Position numbers and translations under genes: made by a program
Notes under the pieces: model-generated
What the model was told of the DNA's origin: nothing
What the model saw: the letters and a program-made list of their open reading frames with translations, nothing else
The model's database searches: none
Origin: Chrysomallon squamiferum
Taxonomy: Eukaryota > Animalia > Mollusca
Assembly (NCBI GenBank): GCA_012295275.1
Contig: CM022671.1
Coordinates: forward strand, 23,622,001-23,686,000
Direction: 5' to 3'
DNA: 64,000 bases
Shown here: one piece after another, positions 15,168 through 28,540 of the stretch
How the letters are laid out: each line of letters opens with the position of its first letter
Numbering within the stretch: position 1 is the first letter of the stretch

Positions 15168-16473
15168 TACATTATTTTTAAAATTATTATTTTTATTTTT
15201 TTATTTATTTATTTATTTATTTATTTATCTTTTTTCTATTATTATTATTTCATTTTATCATGTTTTACATGAACATTGTATAATTTCCACCTAACATGCT
15301 TGAATAAGTTTCCTCTGCAACAAGGAAACAAACAGTTTACTAGTCTCGGATCAGAATGATTTAAGTCTAGAACGAATGTACTATGAACTGAACGCAAACA
15401 CGGACACAGAGGAATGTGAACTATCTTCTAACTAATCGGCTCCATAGTCCATAGTCCAAATTAGCGTTATTTGCCTGAGTCTCATATCGGTCTGGCCCAT
15501 TGTCAAATAGATTAGATTGCTACTCAGTACAGTAGCAACGCATGCACCTGTTATCTTACTTAAGGAAAATAGCTCTTGTAAATTCGTAAATGTGCATATA
15601 TATGTGTCAGATTTGCTCACACGAAAGCAATTACTTTGGGAATAAAACTAGGCCACAAGGACGTGTAAATATATATAAATATACTTCTATCATGAATAAA
15701 TCTGCATAATGAAGTAAATTTTGTACATTTAAAATATAATTAGAAGAATGACTAATTCAACTGGTTTTAAGATTAAAATTAAACAGCCCTCTAAGAAAGA
15801 CAACAACCGAATACAAAAAAAAAAAAAAAAAAAAAAAAAATTCAGTAATGTTACAAAAGCAACATAAATAAACAAATAAACAAATATACAAATAATAACA
15901 GATGGATAGACAGACAGATTAAGATTAGTTTTGGATAGAACGGAAAAATAGCATATAGAAAAAGAACTATCGTTTCATTTCTTTCTATTTTTTTTTTTTT
16001 TTTTTTTTTTAAATAAAAATCACTGTACAACAATAATAATCGTTACATTTTTGTCCAATCCTACTAACATGAAAGCATCAGGATGTTTTTCTGTATTCTT
16101 TTTATGATCAACGAAAAAATCCGGGACTGGTGACGTAATTTCTTACCGCTTGTCAACGTCACAATTAACTGTAACACCACGTTAGCTACCAAGCCCGTCT
16201 CCCAGAATTCGACACGCGGCCATAAATTTTGTACCACACAGACCAAAATATAGGTCACACAAACCATTATCCTCTTAAAAAAATGCATGTGATTGCTATA
16301 AGCTATTTATTATTCGTATTTTATTTTATTTTAATATAATTCTGTTTTGTTAATGGCCGATTCACTATGATGTCATACAAGGAAAAAAAAAAAAAAAAAA
16401 AAAAAAAAAGAGAGATAATAAAAGGAAAATATATATATATTTTTTTTCTTCTTTGCGGCCGCACCTGCATTAA

Positions 16474-16530
16474 TATATATATAAATACAGATGAAAATGC
16501 TGTTCCAAATCAGACGTTCGGAAACCTTAG
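16474..16530 (+). promoter_or_regulatory. Probable TATA box (TATATAAATA, about 16477-16486) and short non-coding first exon of the VWA-CBM14 gene, ending at donor TAG|GTGAGT (16530/16531)
   Basis: TATA-like element, then a consensus donor. The next acceptor (TTTACAG, ending 17363) lies 34 nt before the ATG at 17398. Confidence 0.5.
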
Positions 16531-16650
16531 GTGAGTATTGTTTTAGTCTGTCAGGATTTGAAACTGAATAACTTTTTGAGACTTTTTATTTAATGTTTAT
16601 TACCACTTTAAACTGGCGAGAGACTTAATATAAAATGTATTAACTTAATA

Positions 16651-16958
16651 CAGGTTGAGAATCCTTTATCCCATTTTCTCAAATCCGAAAAGCTCCGAAA
16701 TTAAAAACTTTTGCCGAGCAGCAGAAATAGAGATATTATACTGTTTTGCAAATACAACCAATCATTTTATGCACAAAACTGATAAAAATATTTGGAAAAA
16801 ATAAAAAATAAAAAGTAAAAACCAAATCCAGGACACCATTTGTGTAAACTGTATATTAAATATAAATGGAATTCGTATTTCGACTTAGATCCTATTGCAT
16901 TACAAAATTCGAAAACTTCCAAAATCTGAAATATTTCGGATAAGGGATTTTTATGCTG
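16651..16958. mobile_element. Non-autonomous Tigger/pogo MITE (308 bp), resembling the Tigger4/Zombi family
   Basis: TA on both flanks. Left end CAGGTTGAGAATCCTTTATCC; right end GGATAAGGGATTTTTATGCTG is a degenerate reverse complement. Internal AAATCCGAAA-type sub-repeats. The family assignment is from my recollection of the Tigger4 consensus. Confidence 0.75.
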
Positions 16959-17397
16959 TATTATTTTAGTTCATTTTATTTCTGAATTTTATTTTAGTAA
17001 AAAATGGAAAGAAAAACCAATTTAAAGAGAATTAAAAGTTAATTTTGTTTATAAATATAACTGGAGTGAATATATATATTTTTTTTCATATGCAACAGAA
17101 CGGTAATAATTATTCGATCGTATAATATTCAGATCTTTTATATGCACTTTCCCTATACAGCACATTACATACCAAAATTGTTTTACATCAGACCGAAAAA
17201 ACACCAAACTTTTCGTCTCTAAATTGTTCTACAAAGCAGCGTAAAAGAAATTTTAGCGTTACAATTGATGATAATATTGAGTTACATACATAATGATGTT
17301 TCTGTTGTAATGTTAAGACATTTTTGTAATTGTCATTGTATTTTTCATATTATTTATTTACAGATCAGATTAAAACAACCTAATTGAAAACTTCACC

Positions 17398-17540
17398 ATG
17401 AAGCAGACAATAGCAGCAGTTGTATTTCTCTTTGTTTCGGCATCGCTGGCACTAGGTAAGGGATTTATGATATTCTCACGTTCAGTTGTAAATTTATCCA
17501 TCGTCAGTCACCCAGATGAGCCCGTTTATTTTATTTTATT

Positions 17541-17625
<85 letters not shown>

Positions 17626-17720
17626 TTAAGTGGGAAAAGGAAATTAAAAAAAAAAAAAAAGAAAGAAGAAAAAAAAAACAACAACAAAAAAACAATAACT
17701 GTAAATTAATATTGGAATTC

Positions 17721-17759
<39 letters not shown>

Positions 17760-19534
17760 CTTCAGAATGTCGTGGCCCAGCAGATATCGTAGTCGCAGTT
17801 CCAGGATCAGAACTTGTTCCGGATTCTGAATTCGCTTACATCGAGGACTTTCTTCTTAACATGACGCGCTACTTTGATTTCCCTCAAACTCAGATCGGCT
17901 TGGTTCTGTACGGCAACGAAACCGAAGTCGTCTCAGGCCTTAAATCCAAACTCAACGCTTTCGACACCAACACCAGGATTACCCTTTTATCTCACAGACA
18001 CACCTACGATGACGTCATTTCCGGAGAACTCGATATCGCTTCTGCCATAAAAACGGTGCACCGACAGCTGAAGACAGAAGGCCGAGATGTCGCAACCAAA
18101 ATCGGAGTGATCTTAACCTACGGAGGCCTGAGCCACGTCTCTTCCGACAACGACACCGACGATTCAACTGTGGAAGATATCCTGTCGTCCGCCAGCCAAG
18201 CTCTCAGCGACGGCGTCGTTCTCTACGCTGCAGCTGTTAATGGCAGCATCCCCTATTTCCGAAACATCACACAAGACACCTGCAAACTGTTCAGTCTTGG
18301 AAACATGAAAAACTTGAGCGATATGGTGCCTTACCTTGCGAGTAGCATGTGTTACGGTGAGTGAAAAAAATCAGTAACGTCGTGTTTATTGCTTACAATC
18401 CCCTCCTCACGATTTCAAGCAAGTGCGGTAAAGCACGCCATCAGACAAAATCTAAATGGTTAGTAACAACATGAATACCAAGAACAAGGTCGAATGCACC
18501 GAAAACGACCGCACCTCACCCACCAATGCTAACTGTGAAAGCCACACACGAACTATTCGCTTTGAAATACATATAGTGAGTGTACTGTAGTAGTTCATTA
18601 AATCTAATGTTTTAAAATATTTTCTTTTGCAGAAATCAACGGGACGATCCAAGCCTCACAGCCAGATAACTGTTTTCCTGGTGAGTTTTATTGTATTCAT
18701 CCCATATAAATATCTTGACAATGCGTACGTAAGTTTAGTCTGGGTGTTCAAATAACGGCTCGACGATTTTGTATATTAAGTCGTTTTAAGTTTGTGTCAA
18801 TGGAAAGAGCAGGGTTCGGTTGGCAGTCATTTAGCCAACTCAGGAAGAGCAGAAAGACAGCTTTACTTTTAATATTTGATGTTATACAAAAAAATATTCA
18901 AAATATTTTCGATTGGATAGTAAGAACTGTCAAAGTTGGGGTGTGTTCGTTTTATTCTGGTTGGGAGCTTCAGTCATAGATAAATACCATTTCTTGATCT
19001 TTTGGGGCAGACTGTGTACATTTTTGTATTGACGAATGTCTGTTATTGTACGATATGCTAATAACGACGCTGATAGAACTGCAAGTTTCATTAGTGTTAT
19101 CATTTTAAAATCTATTATGACTTCTTACTCATTCCATAGAAGTGAAGGAAGTTCCAAAAGCACAAGAGTTCACTTCTTGTCCAGCAGAAGGATTCAGCTA
19201 CTTGCCGGACCCTACTAACTGCGGTTACTGGTACTACTGTGTCGCTGGAAGACCCTTCAAATATGCCTGCCCAGAAGGGACCCTTTTCGATGCGTCCATG
19301 AAAAAATGCAACTTCAAGGACAAAGTTGCCTGTTTCACCACCATCAGATGCCCTGAACCTAATGGATTGTTCAATCATCCAACAGACTGCTCAAAATTCC
19401 TCAACTGTTACGATAACGTTCCAAACGTGATGTCGTGTGCTGCAGGAACCCTATTCAACGTGGAGATGGGATACTGTGATTACGAATCCAATGTTCTGTG
19501 TCCAGGTAACGATACTGACAAGATGGACATTTAA
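17398..19534 (+). CDS. Secreted von Willebrand factor A (VWA) + two chitin-binding type-2 (CBM14/peritrophin-A) domain protein, 363 aa, Pif/BMSP-like architecture; exons 17398-17455, 17766-18356, 18633-18680, 19140-19534
   Basis: Signal peptide MKQTIAAVVFLFVSASLALE. VWA-type segments CRGPADIVVAV, TQIGLVLYG, KIGVILTYG. Two 6-Cys CBM14 domains (CPAEGFSYLPDPTNCGYWYYC...CPEGTLFD...CNF...C and CPEPNGLFNHPTDCSKFLNC...CAAGTLFN...CDY...C). All three introns are GT-AG, phase 1; total 1092 nt in frame. Confidence 0.9.
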
Positions 19535-22500
19535 GAAACATTTCACGTCTTTATTAATGCTTGCTTTAAAACATTCAATGTTTCCAGTTTTAGTCAAACC
19601 TGTGCAGTTGAGATGCTGCTTATGAATTTAGGAACCGACAAACAAAACAAAAACTACGAACAAAACCCAGCCAAACAAATTAATTAATCAGATCGAGGTT
19701 GAGAGGGTGAATGGCATTTCAAAGAACTACGATCTGAAATTAAAAGTAAACTGCTGGTATTGAGAAATAATCTTGAATTTAATTTTTGTTCTAAATTCTC
19801 TATTATTTCTCTCAGTAATGACAGTCTAGCCAGCACTTGTCCATAACTCCTACAGTATTTCAGAAACGATTACGTTCCATCATTCATATTACTTACAAGA
19901 AGAGCTTAAGTATCACGAAAAAAGATCGTTACGATGTCGGGTACGCCCACTCATCTGTGATCAGCGCCTAGACTAGACAACATTCAAACTTGGTTGTATT
20001 TCTCTCGACAACAAGCACAGATTACAGTGTTTATACGTTTTGTTTCTTAGTCTCTCTATACTGATTTGACTCTAACTGGAAACATTAATGTTCTTTCTAT
20101 TTTTGTTTTCTCTATTAAAATACTATTATACTCTAGCTTTACAATATATATATATTTTTTTGAAGTAAAGATTTTATTGATTTTGTTTAATCGATACATT
20201 AGTGAATTTATTTCCACACGACGAAAAGATAAATCCTGTCAGAAAGTAGAACTATTGAAATCCATTTTTCTTGTATTTTGCGTTATATAACTAACGGATA
20301 TTTTTATACAAGAAATTTATATGTTATCTGTCTTTTTAGAGATGAATGTATAAAAAAAAAAAAAAAAAGACTTCACATTTGATGATGGTGATTGTTTTTC
20401 AAATTCTTCATTGAATGTTGAATGTTTTATAAATCCTCGATTAAACAAATCATCAGAAATAAAATTTACTGTTTGTGAAAATCGTTTTTGTTGTAATTTT
20501 TTACAAATGCTTTTTTTTTTTTTTTCGCTCTGATGTTTTAATTTTGTTAAAGAAGTATATCTTTGTTTATTTCTCTGTTCCTACTAAATCAACGAAGTAT
20601 GAAAAACAAAATAAATAAATAAATAAATACATAAAAATAAAAATAAAATTAGAAAATATAGAGTTAAAGACAAGTACTCTGTGTGTGTGTGTGTGTATCT
20701 GTATAAATATATATATAAAGATAGATATACACAAAAGCAAACGTAAAAAAAAGAAAAAAAAAAGAAGCAACAAGCAAACAAAAACTTTAAATATTTTTAA
20801 AACCTGCAGTATATTATAAAATAAACAAACACATTAAAAAAAAAACACAAAAAAAACCACACCATGTTTAGAAAATGTTCATATTTTACTGACGTTTCTA
20901 AATATCACCAGTAATAATAATTTGTCTAGGACTTCCCGCTAACAAATGTGTTGATTAATAAGCATTTGTTACGTAAAACACATTACGCTTTTCATTCCCA
21001 CGAGAAGCAGAATACAGTCATATATCATCACTGTGAAAATGTTTAAATAAATAAATTACACTTAAATACCAAAATTAATGTCGCTTTAATTTAATACTGT
21101 ATTGTTCAGAGGAATTTCGTACTTATATTGTTTATAACTACACCCACTGGATAATACATCTAAATCTATATTATGTATATATTATGTATTATTTAGTGTA
21201 TGTAGTTATAAGCACAGGTATATGTATGCAGTATATATATAGATTTTTATGTATGTGTGACTGTGTGTGTCTGTATACATACAAACATTAAAAGATAAAA
21301 ATCACATGATTGAATAAAAGGTTCAATTATAATTTTAAAAAAAATAAAAAATAAATAAATAAATAAATAAAATAAATTTAATAAACAAAAAGGAAATTCT
21401 CAATAACAGAATTATAATACAACTGTTAATATATATATAACAAACATCAGAAATAAGGGGGGAAAAATGATATATGAAAAACTACAATTATGATAATAAT
21501 CCATTTATCTCTTCGTGTATCTGTCAGTCTGTCTATCTATCTACACATCTCCTTATTATTATCATCGCTGTATATATAAACTACTCAACTAAGAACTACG
21601 TTAGCCACTAGGCGAAAAAAAACACCAACAACGACAAAATGGTGGATATCGCTAGCAGCATTAACATCATTTAAACGTCACAATAATGGCAATGCATTGG
21701 CTTATTAAAACAAACAACAAAAAAAATTAATAATAAAAAATTAATATAATAATAATAATAATAAAATAATAATAATAATATTTTAAAAAAAAAAAAAAAA
21801 AAAAAAATCAACACAAAGAAAAAAACACTAGAGGGCGCATATCTAAGAGCTCCCCCCCCAGGAGTCAAATACTCTTCTAAAAGCAACTGTCCCCTTTTCT
21901 TATTCCTACACAGGAAACTTATCATCTTTATAATGAATCTGAGGCTGCTGGCTAAATGGTACAGTATATAAATAACCGATGTTTACTTTAAATAATATGT
22001 AAAATCGACTAAGTTGAAACGCCCACGTTTGGTCGCGTGTTTGCAGAGTTGACAGTGCAAAGCAGAAACGACAACCACGAGATAAATGTTAATTCGGTAC
22101 ATAGGCGTTGCCGATGAGTCAACGCTTTCGTTTCCGCAACAGCACGTTTTAAATTCAAATTTTAACAGTTCATTTTTAATCTCGATTTCTCAATGACAGC
22201 ATCAACATTAGTTTTAATCGTCATCATCGTCGTCGTCGAGTTAAAACTAAATAAATAACTGAGATTCGGGATTGACAGTTTCGAGCGTCTATTTTTATAT
22301 GCGTCAACCTACATTTTATTTGATCTCTCTTATCTGATTACCCACATCACTGAAGCCGCTAAGTATAAAAATAGATATATTACTGTTACCATTACAAGCA
22401 GCACCACTACCGCTACCTGAAAGGATAAATGTTTATTCGGTAGGAAGTGCGTGTACGTGTCCGGGTTTTCAGTGAGTCAGTGTCGTAGAATGAGATAATG

Positions 22501-22619
22501 TTTTAAAGTTAAATTTTAGTTTAGAATAAACAAATAAATAATTAAAAACAAACAAAAAAAAAAAAAAAAAAAAAAATAAAATAAATAAACAACAACAACA
22601 AAGAAGCAAAACAAATATA

Positions 22620-22663
<44 letters not shown>

Positions 22664-22818
22664 CTTGTTTATTGTTTTACGTAAAATAGAGACAGGATGC
22701 ATATTGCTATCACCACCACAGCATCACTACTATAACAACTTCCACTACGTTATTACTAACAGATATTGATACATAAATATGTATATATAGAAACACACAC
22801 ACAAACGCACACACACAC

Positions 22819-22849
<31 letters not shown>

Positions 22850-23607
22850 GGGGAATAACTAGTTACTGTCTTAAAATGTCAGTTTTATCCTGCAAAAGTC
22901 AATATACATCTGCAAGCGAGGCTATTCGGTTTTCTTAAATCGTCATAACCTCCGAGATTTAGAAAAGATTTATCATGCATATCGAAGAAAGAGAAATCCG
23001 TAGATTACAAAGAATAAAGCTTAACACAGTTATCTCCCTGTAATATTTGAACACGACGTGAAAATCCGTTTCAAGTCTGAACTCGCAGATAAAATGTATT
23101 GCCGGAGAGGTTCAAGAGACGTGACTTGGAAATTGGAATGTCGTTAAAAGAGAACATATTATTATTACTCAAACATTAAAAAATGTCGTTGTTGGAGGCG
23201 TATGTTTTCTTCTTCCGTATATCAGATGAACTACATTTACCGATAACTGCACGGTGTCCATTGATTAAGCTGTAGCTGGATTTAATAATACGTGTGCTTT
23301 GGTCGTTGTAGGGTGAAAAGGTGAAGATAATAAAAGAAAGAATATTTTAAAGACGACTGTTTCTTATTCAGTATCGGCTAAAAACAGAATTTTAGAGAGT
23401 GACACCTTTCTGAAATAAAACCACGTTAAGCACTAATTTATTGATATAGCTTTTTTTTTTTTTTTTTTTTTTTCATTTTTTCATTTTTTTCGATTCGGTA
23501 ACAGTTTCTGATGATCAAAATGATGACGAAGACAACAGCAATAATAATACTTTTAAAAAGCAGATACAATACAATACTACTACTACTACTACTACTACTT
23601 ATTATCA

Positions 23608-23641
<34 letters not shown>

Positions 23642-23750
23642 AGGTAGTAGTTTTACCTGTAGTATTAGTAGCAGTAGTATAATATAATTAGTAATAAACA
23701 TGCTAAAGAGAAAAGAACATTCTATGAATAAATAAATAAATAAAAAAGTA

Positions 23751-23809
<59 letters not shown>

Positions 23810-24279
23810 TCATTGCTAGCGTTATACTTTCAATCTCTTATCGCTTTTTATTATTTTTTTTATTCTTTGTTTTTTGTGTGTTTTTTTGTATGTACTTTTG
23901 GACGAAAAATTTCGAAAGAACCGCACAACTCCGGAAATCTCTGAATGTTTAGGATTTGGACTATTTACAATATGATTATTTCTGACTTCGAACTGTCCAC
24001 TGAAGTCTTAACTGTATCAGTAAACACGATGCTTGCTTCATCTGTGGATCTTAGATAACCGACGCTTGTTTGAAGTCGTCTTCCAAATCTGGTTCGTTTC
24101 AGAACAAGCGAGCTTTCAGGAGAAAGAAGAAAGAAGAAGAAAAACGTTCTGAGCTTTGAAACAATTAGTTTTTGCACGTTTTAAGAACTGTGGTTTTTTT
24201 CTGGGCTATAGTTGGTTTTTTTAATATATTTAAAGAATCATTTTTTCGAAGTATAAAGATTCCACTTTGTTTTGGAGCG

Positions 24280-26811
24280 ATGTGGAAGCTTTTCTTGCTG
24301 TGTGTTACAATTGTGTGGACGTCAGGTAAGGTTTTTCTGCTCTCAGTTTATTTAACATATATTTTTTTATCTATATTAATAAGACCTTTAACGATAATAT
24401 TTCTGAATCTCATTATTTAGTCTCATTAAATTTTTTTTTTTTTTTTTTTTTTTTACGGTACGACCTTTGGTGATTTATACATACACCATTACACATATGT
24501 CTAGATATATTTTGTATCTGATATGTAATATATAATATTTTTAAAGTATGGTGAAGATTTGTAAATGACAGAATTTGAAATATTTTACTGAAATACAGCT
24601 AGATCATTATTTGATATGAGTTTGAAATGAACTGATAAAAGAAATAAATAGCCTTGGAATTATCATCATCATCATTATTATTATTATTATTATTATTATT
24701 ACTGCGGGGTGATAAAGATGGGGACGATTAGAAAAAAAAAAAAAAAAAAAATCTAAGAAAAATTAAACAAAAACAAATACAGTGGTACCTCGTCATACGA
24801 GCTTAATTCGTTCAGTGGCCGAGCTCTTAACTCAAATGACTCGTATATCAAATCAATTTTCCCAACTGCATTTAATTGAAATACCATTAATCCGTTCCAG
24901 CCTCCAAAACCAGCGTGTTTTTAAATAAGAAAAAACAATTTATAAATGACAAATATTGTATAAAAAACCAAAATAAAAGTGAATGTAAACAAATAAATTA
25001 GTTTTGTAGAGTGTATTTATCTTGGAGATTAGACAAATTATTTCAGTGCCTTTGGCTGGAATTGTAGCCTTTATCGACTCCTTCTGCCTAGCCAAGTCGA
25101 CTACAAGCACACCTCGATCATATTTTTCTATGATTTCGTGCTTTAATTCAATCAACATCATCCGCTTCTTCTTCTTCTCAGCACTCTCCTTTGCACCCAC
25201 TTTATTAGGCTCAATGGTCAGAAAAACGAAATTTGGCAAAATACTGAACAAAAACGCGAACACCCTCAAAACAGATATGTTTCCACGGCTAGATAATCAG
25301 GTGAAGTCAACAAGTGAGACGCGGGTGTTGTGTTGTTCGTTGCGCCAACTAGCGGCGGCATATCTGAAGGTCGCTCGTAACTCGGATTTTGGCTCGCAAC
25401 TCAAAGCAAAACCTCGCCCAAGCGACTGGTCGAAATCGAAAAACTCGTAAATTGGGGCACATGCACGTCGATGTACCACTGTATTATATTTTATTTTATT
25501 TTATTGTCGAACGCCTCCCGCTGAATATTTTAGTGTTTTTTTTTACTCTGATAAATTCTTAATCGCCTGTGAACAGGAGACTGTCGCCGTCCTGTCAAGA
25601 AATCAGTGTACGCGCACTGGTGCGACGACTTGGCTGACGGCATGTATATCTGGGACTGCACGACGTTTTACCGCTGTGTGAACGAAACGACGGAGTACCT
25701 GCCGTGTCCCGGGCAGTTAGTGGCCAACGAAAAACAAATGTGGTGTGATTAGTAAGTGTCGTGTGAACTATAGCTTGTTTGAGGAGTATGGACTATTTCC
25801 CTGTTTTAATAAGACATTTTAAAAAATTACACGTTTGTATGTATTGAACGTCAGCATCACTAAAACCCCAAAACAACAACAACTTCAGAATCTAGAAATG
25901 CAAAAAAAAAAAAAAAAAAATAATAATAATAATAAAAAATAAATAAAATAAAACAAATAAAAATAAATTGACAACCACCCCACCAAAAAAAAAAAAAAAA
26001 AAATCAACAACGACAACAAATAAACAAAAACTCAGAGCAAGAAAATCAAAAGCATCAACTTTTTCAGTATGCAGAGATACAAATAGAAAACGTATATTAA
26101 TCTATCAGAATATATTACTGAATAACAGCAACAGCAGCAAATATATCAAAAACATTCTCCGAATGTACAATTCATTTCAGCAAAGACTTGGTGAAGCCAC
26201 CCTGTGGAACGGCTCCAAACTGTGCGGGTGTCATCGACGGAAGTTACCCGGATCTGGATCGCAACTGTCAGTATTTCTACACCTGCCAGAGAGACGAGTT
26301 TTACGGGTACACCAAGTGTGCTGCCAGTGCGTACATTTTCTTTTTCTTTCAAATAAGCATTGTTATTCGCTTATACACTAACGAACTGTTTATGAAATAC
26401 AAATGCACAGAGAAACAAGGACAACACAGAAGCTGGCTGTTACAGGTTTTGTCCACGTCTGATTAATTGAATTTCATATTAAATGGTTCCGTTTTGTATT
26501 GGCTTTGATCCAAGAATAACACGTACGTAAAGTTACAATGACACTAAAAAAAAACCAAATACTTATATACACATTAAAATATTTCAAATATTCCGAAATA
26601 AAAGTACACTGACAAATGATATACGTACAGGTACGTACAAATTGCAAAAATCTTAGATCACAACCATTTATTTTAAGGTCTGATGTTCAATCCTGAAAAG
26701 AACAGCTGCGACTGGCCATGGCTTGTGAAGCCTCCTTGTGGAACTGCACAGGAACTGGTGTGGCCGGAAAAAGGACCGCAGCGTGACCATGGTCACGAAC
26801 CTCCGCAGTAA
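24280..26811 (+). CDS. Small secreted chitin-binding protein with two CBM14 domains, 166 aa; exons 24280-24325, 25577-25751, 26181-26326, 26678-26811
   Basis: Spliced translation: MWKLFLLCVTIVWTSGDCRRPVKKSVYAHWCDDLADGMYIWDCTTFYRCVNETTEYLPCPGQLVANEKQMWCDYKDLVKPPCGTAPNCAGVIDGSYPDLDRNCQYFYTCQRDEFYGYTKCAASLMFNPEKNSCDWPWLVKPPCGTAQELVWPEKGPQRDHGHEPPQ*. GT-AG introns, phases 1,2,1; 501 nt. Mostly missed by the ORF track. Confidence 0.88.
24780..25481 (-). mobile_element. Internally deleted Tigger/pogo DNA transposon (702 bp) in intron 1 of the CBM14 gene, carrying a relic transposase N-terminus
   Basis: TA at 24778-24779 and 25482-25483. TIRs CAGTGGTACCTCG and CGATGTACCACTG (12/13 match). Minus-strand KKKKRMMLIELKHEIIEKYDRGVLVVDLARQKESIKA resembles the CENP-B/psq-type HTH of Tigger transposases. 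No DDE domain remains. Confidence 0.85.
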
Positions 26812-27312
26812 ATAAATGTAGACAGTTTAAATATCACGTGACATCTAGATTTAATTTGCTACCTTGACACGGAGAGGGAGGATGACGTAACTAAGATTGT
26901 TGACAAAAATTGCAATAATTAAAAAATTAAAAGAGGATTTTTCAATAATCAAGATGAACCTAATTTCGTTGTAGTTTTATATTCGTGAAGACAAAATGAA
27001 AGTAATAGTAATGAAAGACAAGGTGAAAAAAAATAATAAAGAAGAAAATCATTTGGATTTGAATTTTGTTTTTTGATTATCATTATAATATGTTATTATT
27101 GTTATTTTTATTTGTTTATTTTTATTTGTTATTACTTTGTATTACTATTATTATAATTTTATTATATATTATTTATTATTATTATTATTATATATTTTTT
27201 AATACCATGATCGTATTTACACACGAAACCACCTTACATCGTGAATCTGTTGATAATTATATGTTTCTTATTGTATCTGATTTTAAGAGAGACAGAGAGC
27301 TAGCGAGCGAGC

Positions 27313-27391
<79 letters not shown>

Positions 27392-28540
27392 TAAGAAATA
27401 TAAAATCAAATTTTCATCATTACATCACGTAGCCTGTTTGACTTCTGTGTAGCTGTGAAAGACGATGAGTATCTGGCTGGATTCACTGGAGTATGTCACT
27501 GAGGACGTGTTGGAATATTGACACTGATTCCTTCAGTGACCTCGCTTGACATCTAGTTCACTATCACATTTCTGTGGAGACGTCCGTACCATTCGTTCCT
27601 TCGACTGTTCGATAAAAGTCATTTTTAAGAAATGTCGTTTCGCCACTGTGATACACAAGTTATATGTTTAAAGCAAATAATTATTTACTTTCAGTTGCTA
27701 TAAATTAAATAAATCTAGATTATTCTAAATAGTTATAATTTAAAAAATAATAATAAAAAAAAAAACTCTAAAAAAAAAAAAAACCCACCTAACAAAAACA
27801 ATAACAAAAACAAACATAGTTATTTGTAGGGTGAAAGTAAACAGCTAAATGCTTGAACCGTATTTCGAATTAGTTTTACGTTATCGAGTGAAAATGAAAT
27901 GGTTACATTTTGACTATTGGTTTTAACGTTTTTGAGAAGAGTCTGTATCAGTTTCATTATTTGCTTTAAACTCCTATAATATTTTACAAACCTAACGAAG
28001 ATAAATTTCAATCTACAAATATTTTTTCTAAGATATAACGCCAATTTATAAAACTGATAAATATTTGAATCGTTACATAAAATATATATATATATATATA
28101 ACAAGTTTCAAAAGTCAAGACGTTTTATAAGAACAATGACGTGAACGCACTAATCAGATCTGTTTTATTCTTTATATATATATATATAAGAACCGTGGAA
28201 CACCTTCAGAACTGCGAGCAAACTGGAGGATGTTACGAAAATTGGCTTTTCTTCACTTCAAAGAATGTAGCACCCGCTTAATTATTTCGTCAGCTTACAG
28301 GTCCATTTATCATATACAGAAAACATATTGTTAGACTTCGGCGACGACGTTGTACCGAACGCCTGGCATATCACGTCGTTGGCAAGGAACGTCTTCACAC
28401 TGTGCATGTAACACAGAGTTTGTAATCCTGGTTCAATGTATGTTGTTTACTGTTGTTTGAAATCTTTGCACGTATATATTTTAGCTGAGCTAAGAAATTG
28501 CCACAGATGTAATTACTCGTAGAGGGAAATAATACCCAAA

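Noticed and set aside
24252-24257. TATAAA as TATA box of the 24280 gene
   Set aside because: Only about 22 nt before the ATG, which would put the transcription start at or past the start codon.
25022-25450. 142-aa plus-strand ORF
   Set aside because: It is the antisense frame of the Tigger relic, inside an intron, with no protein-like features.
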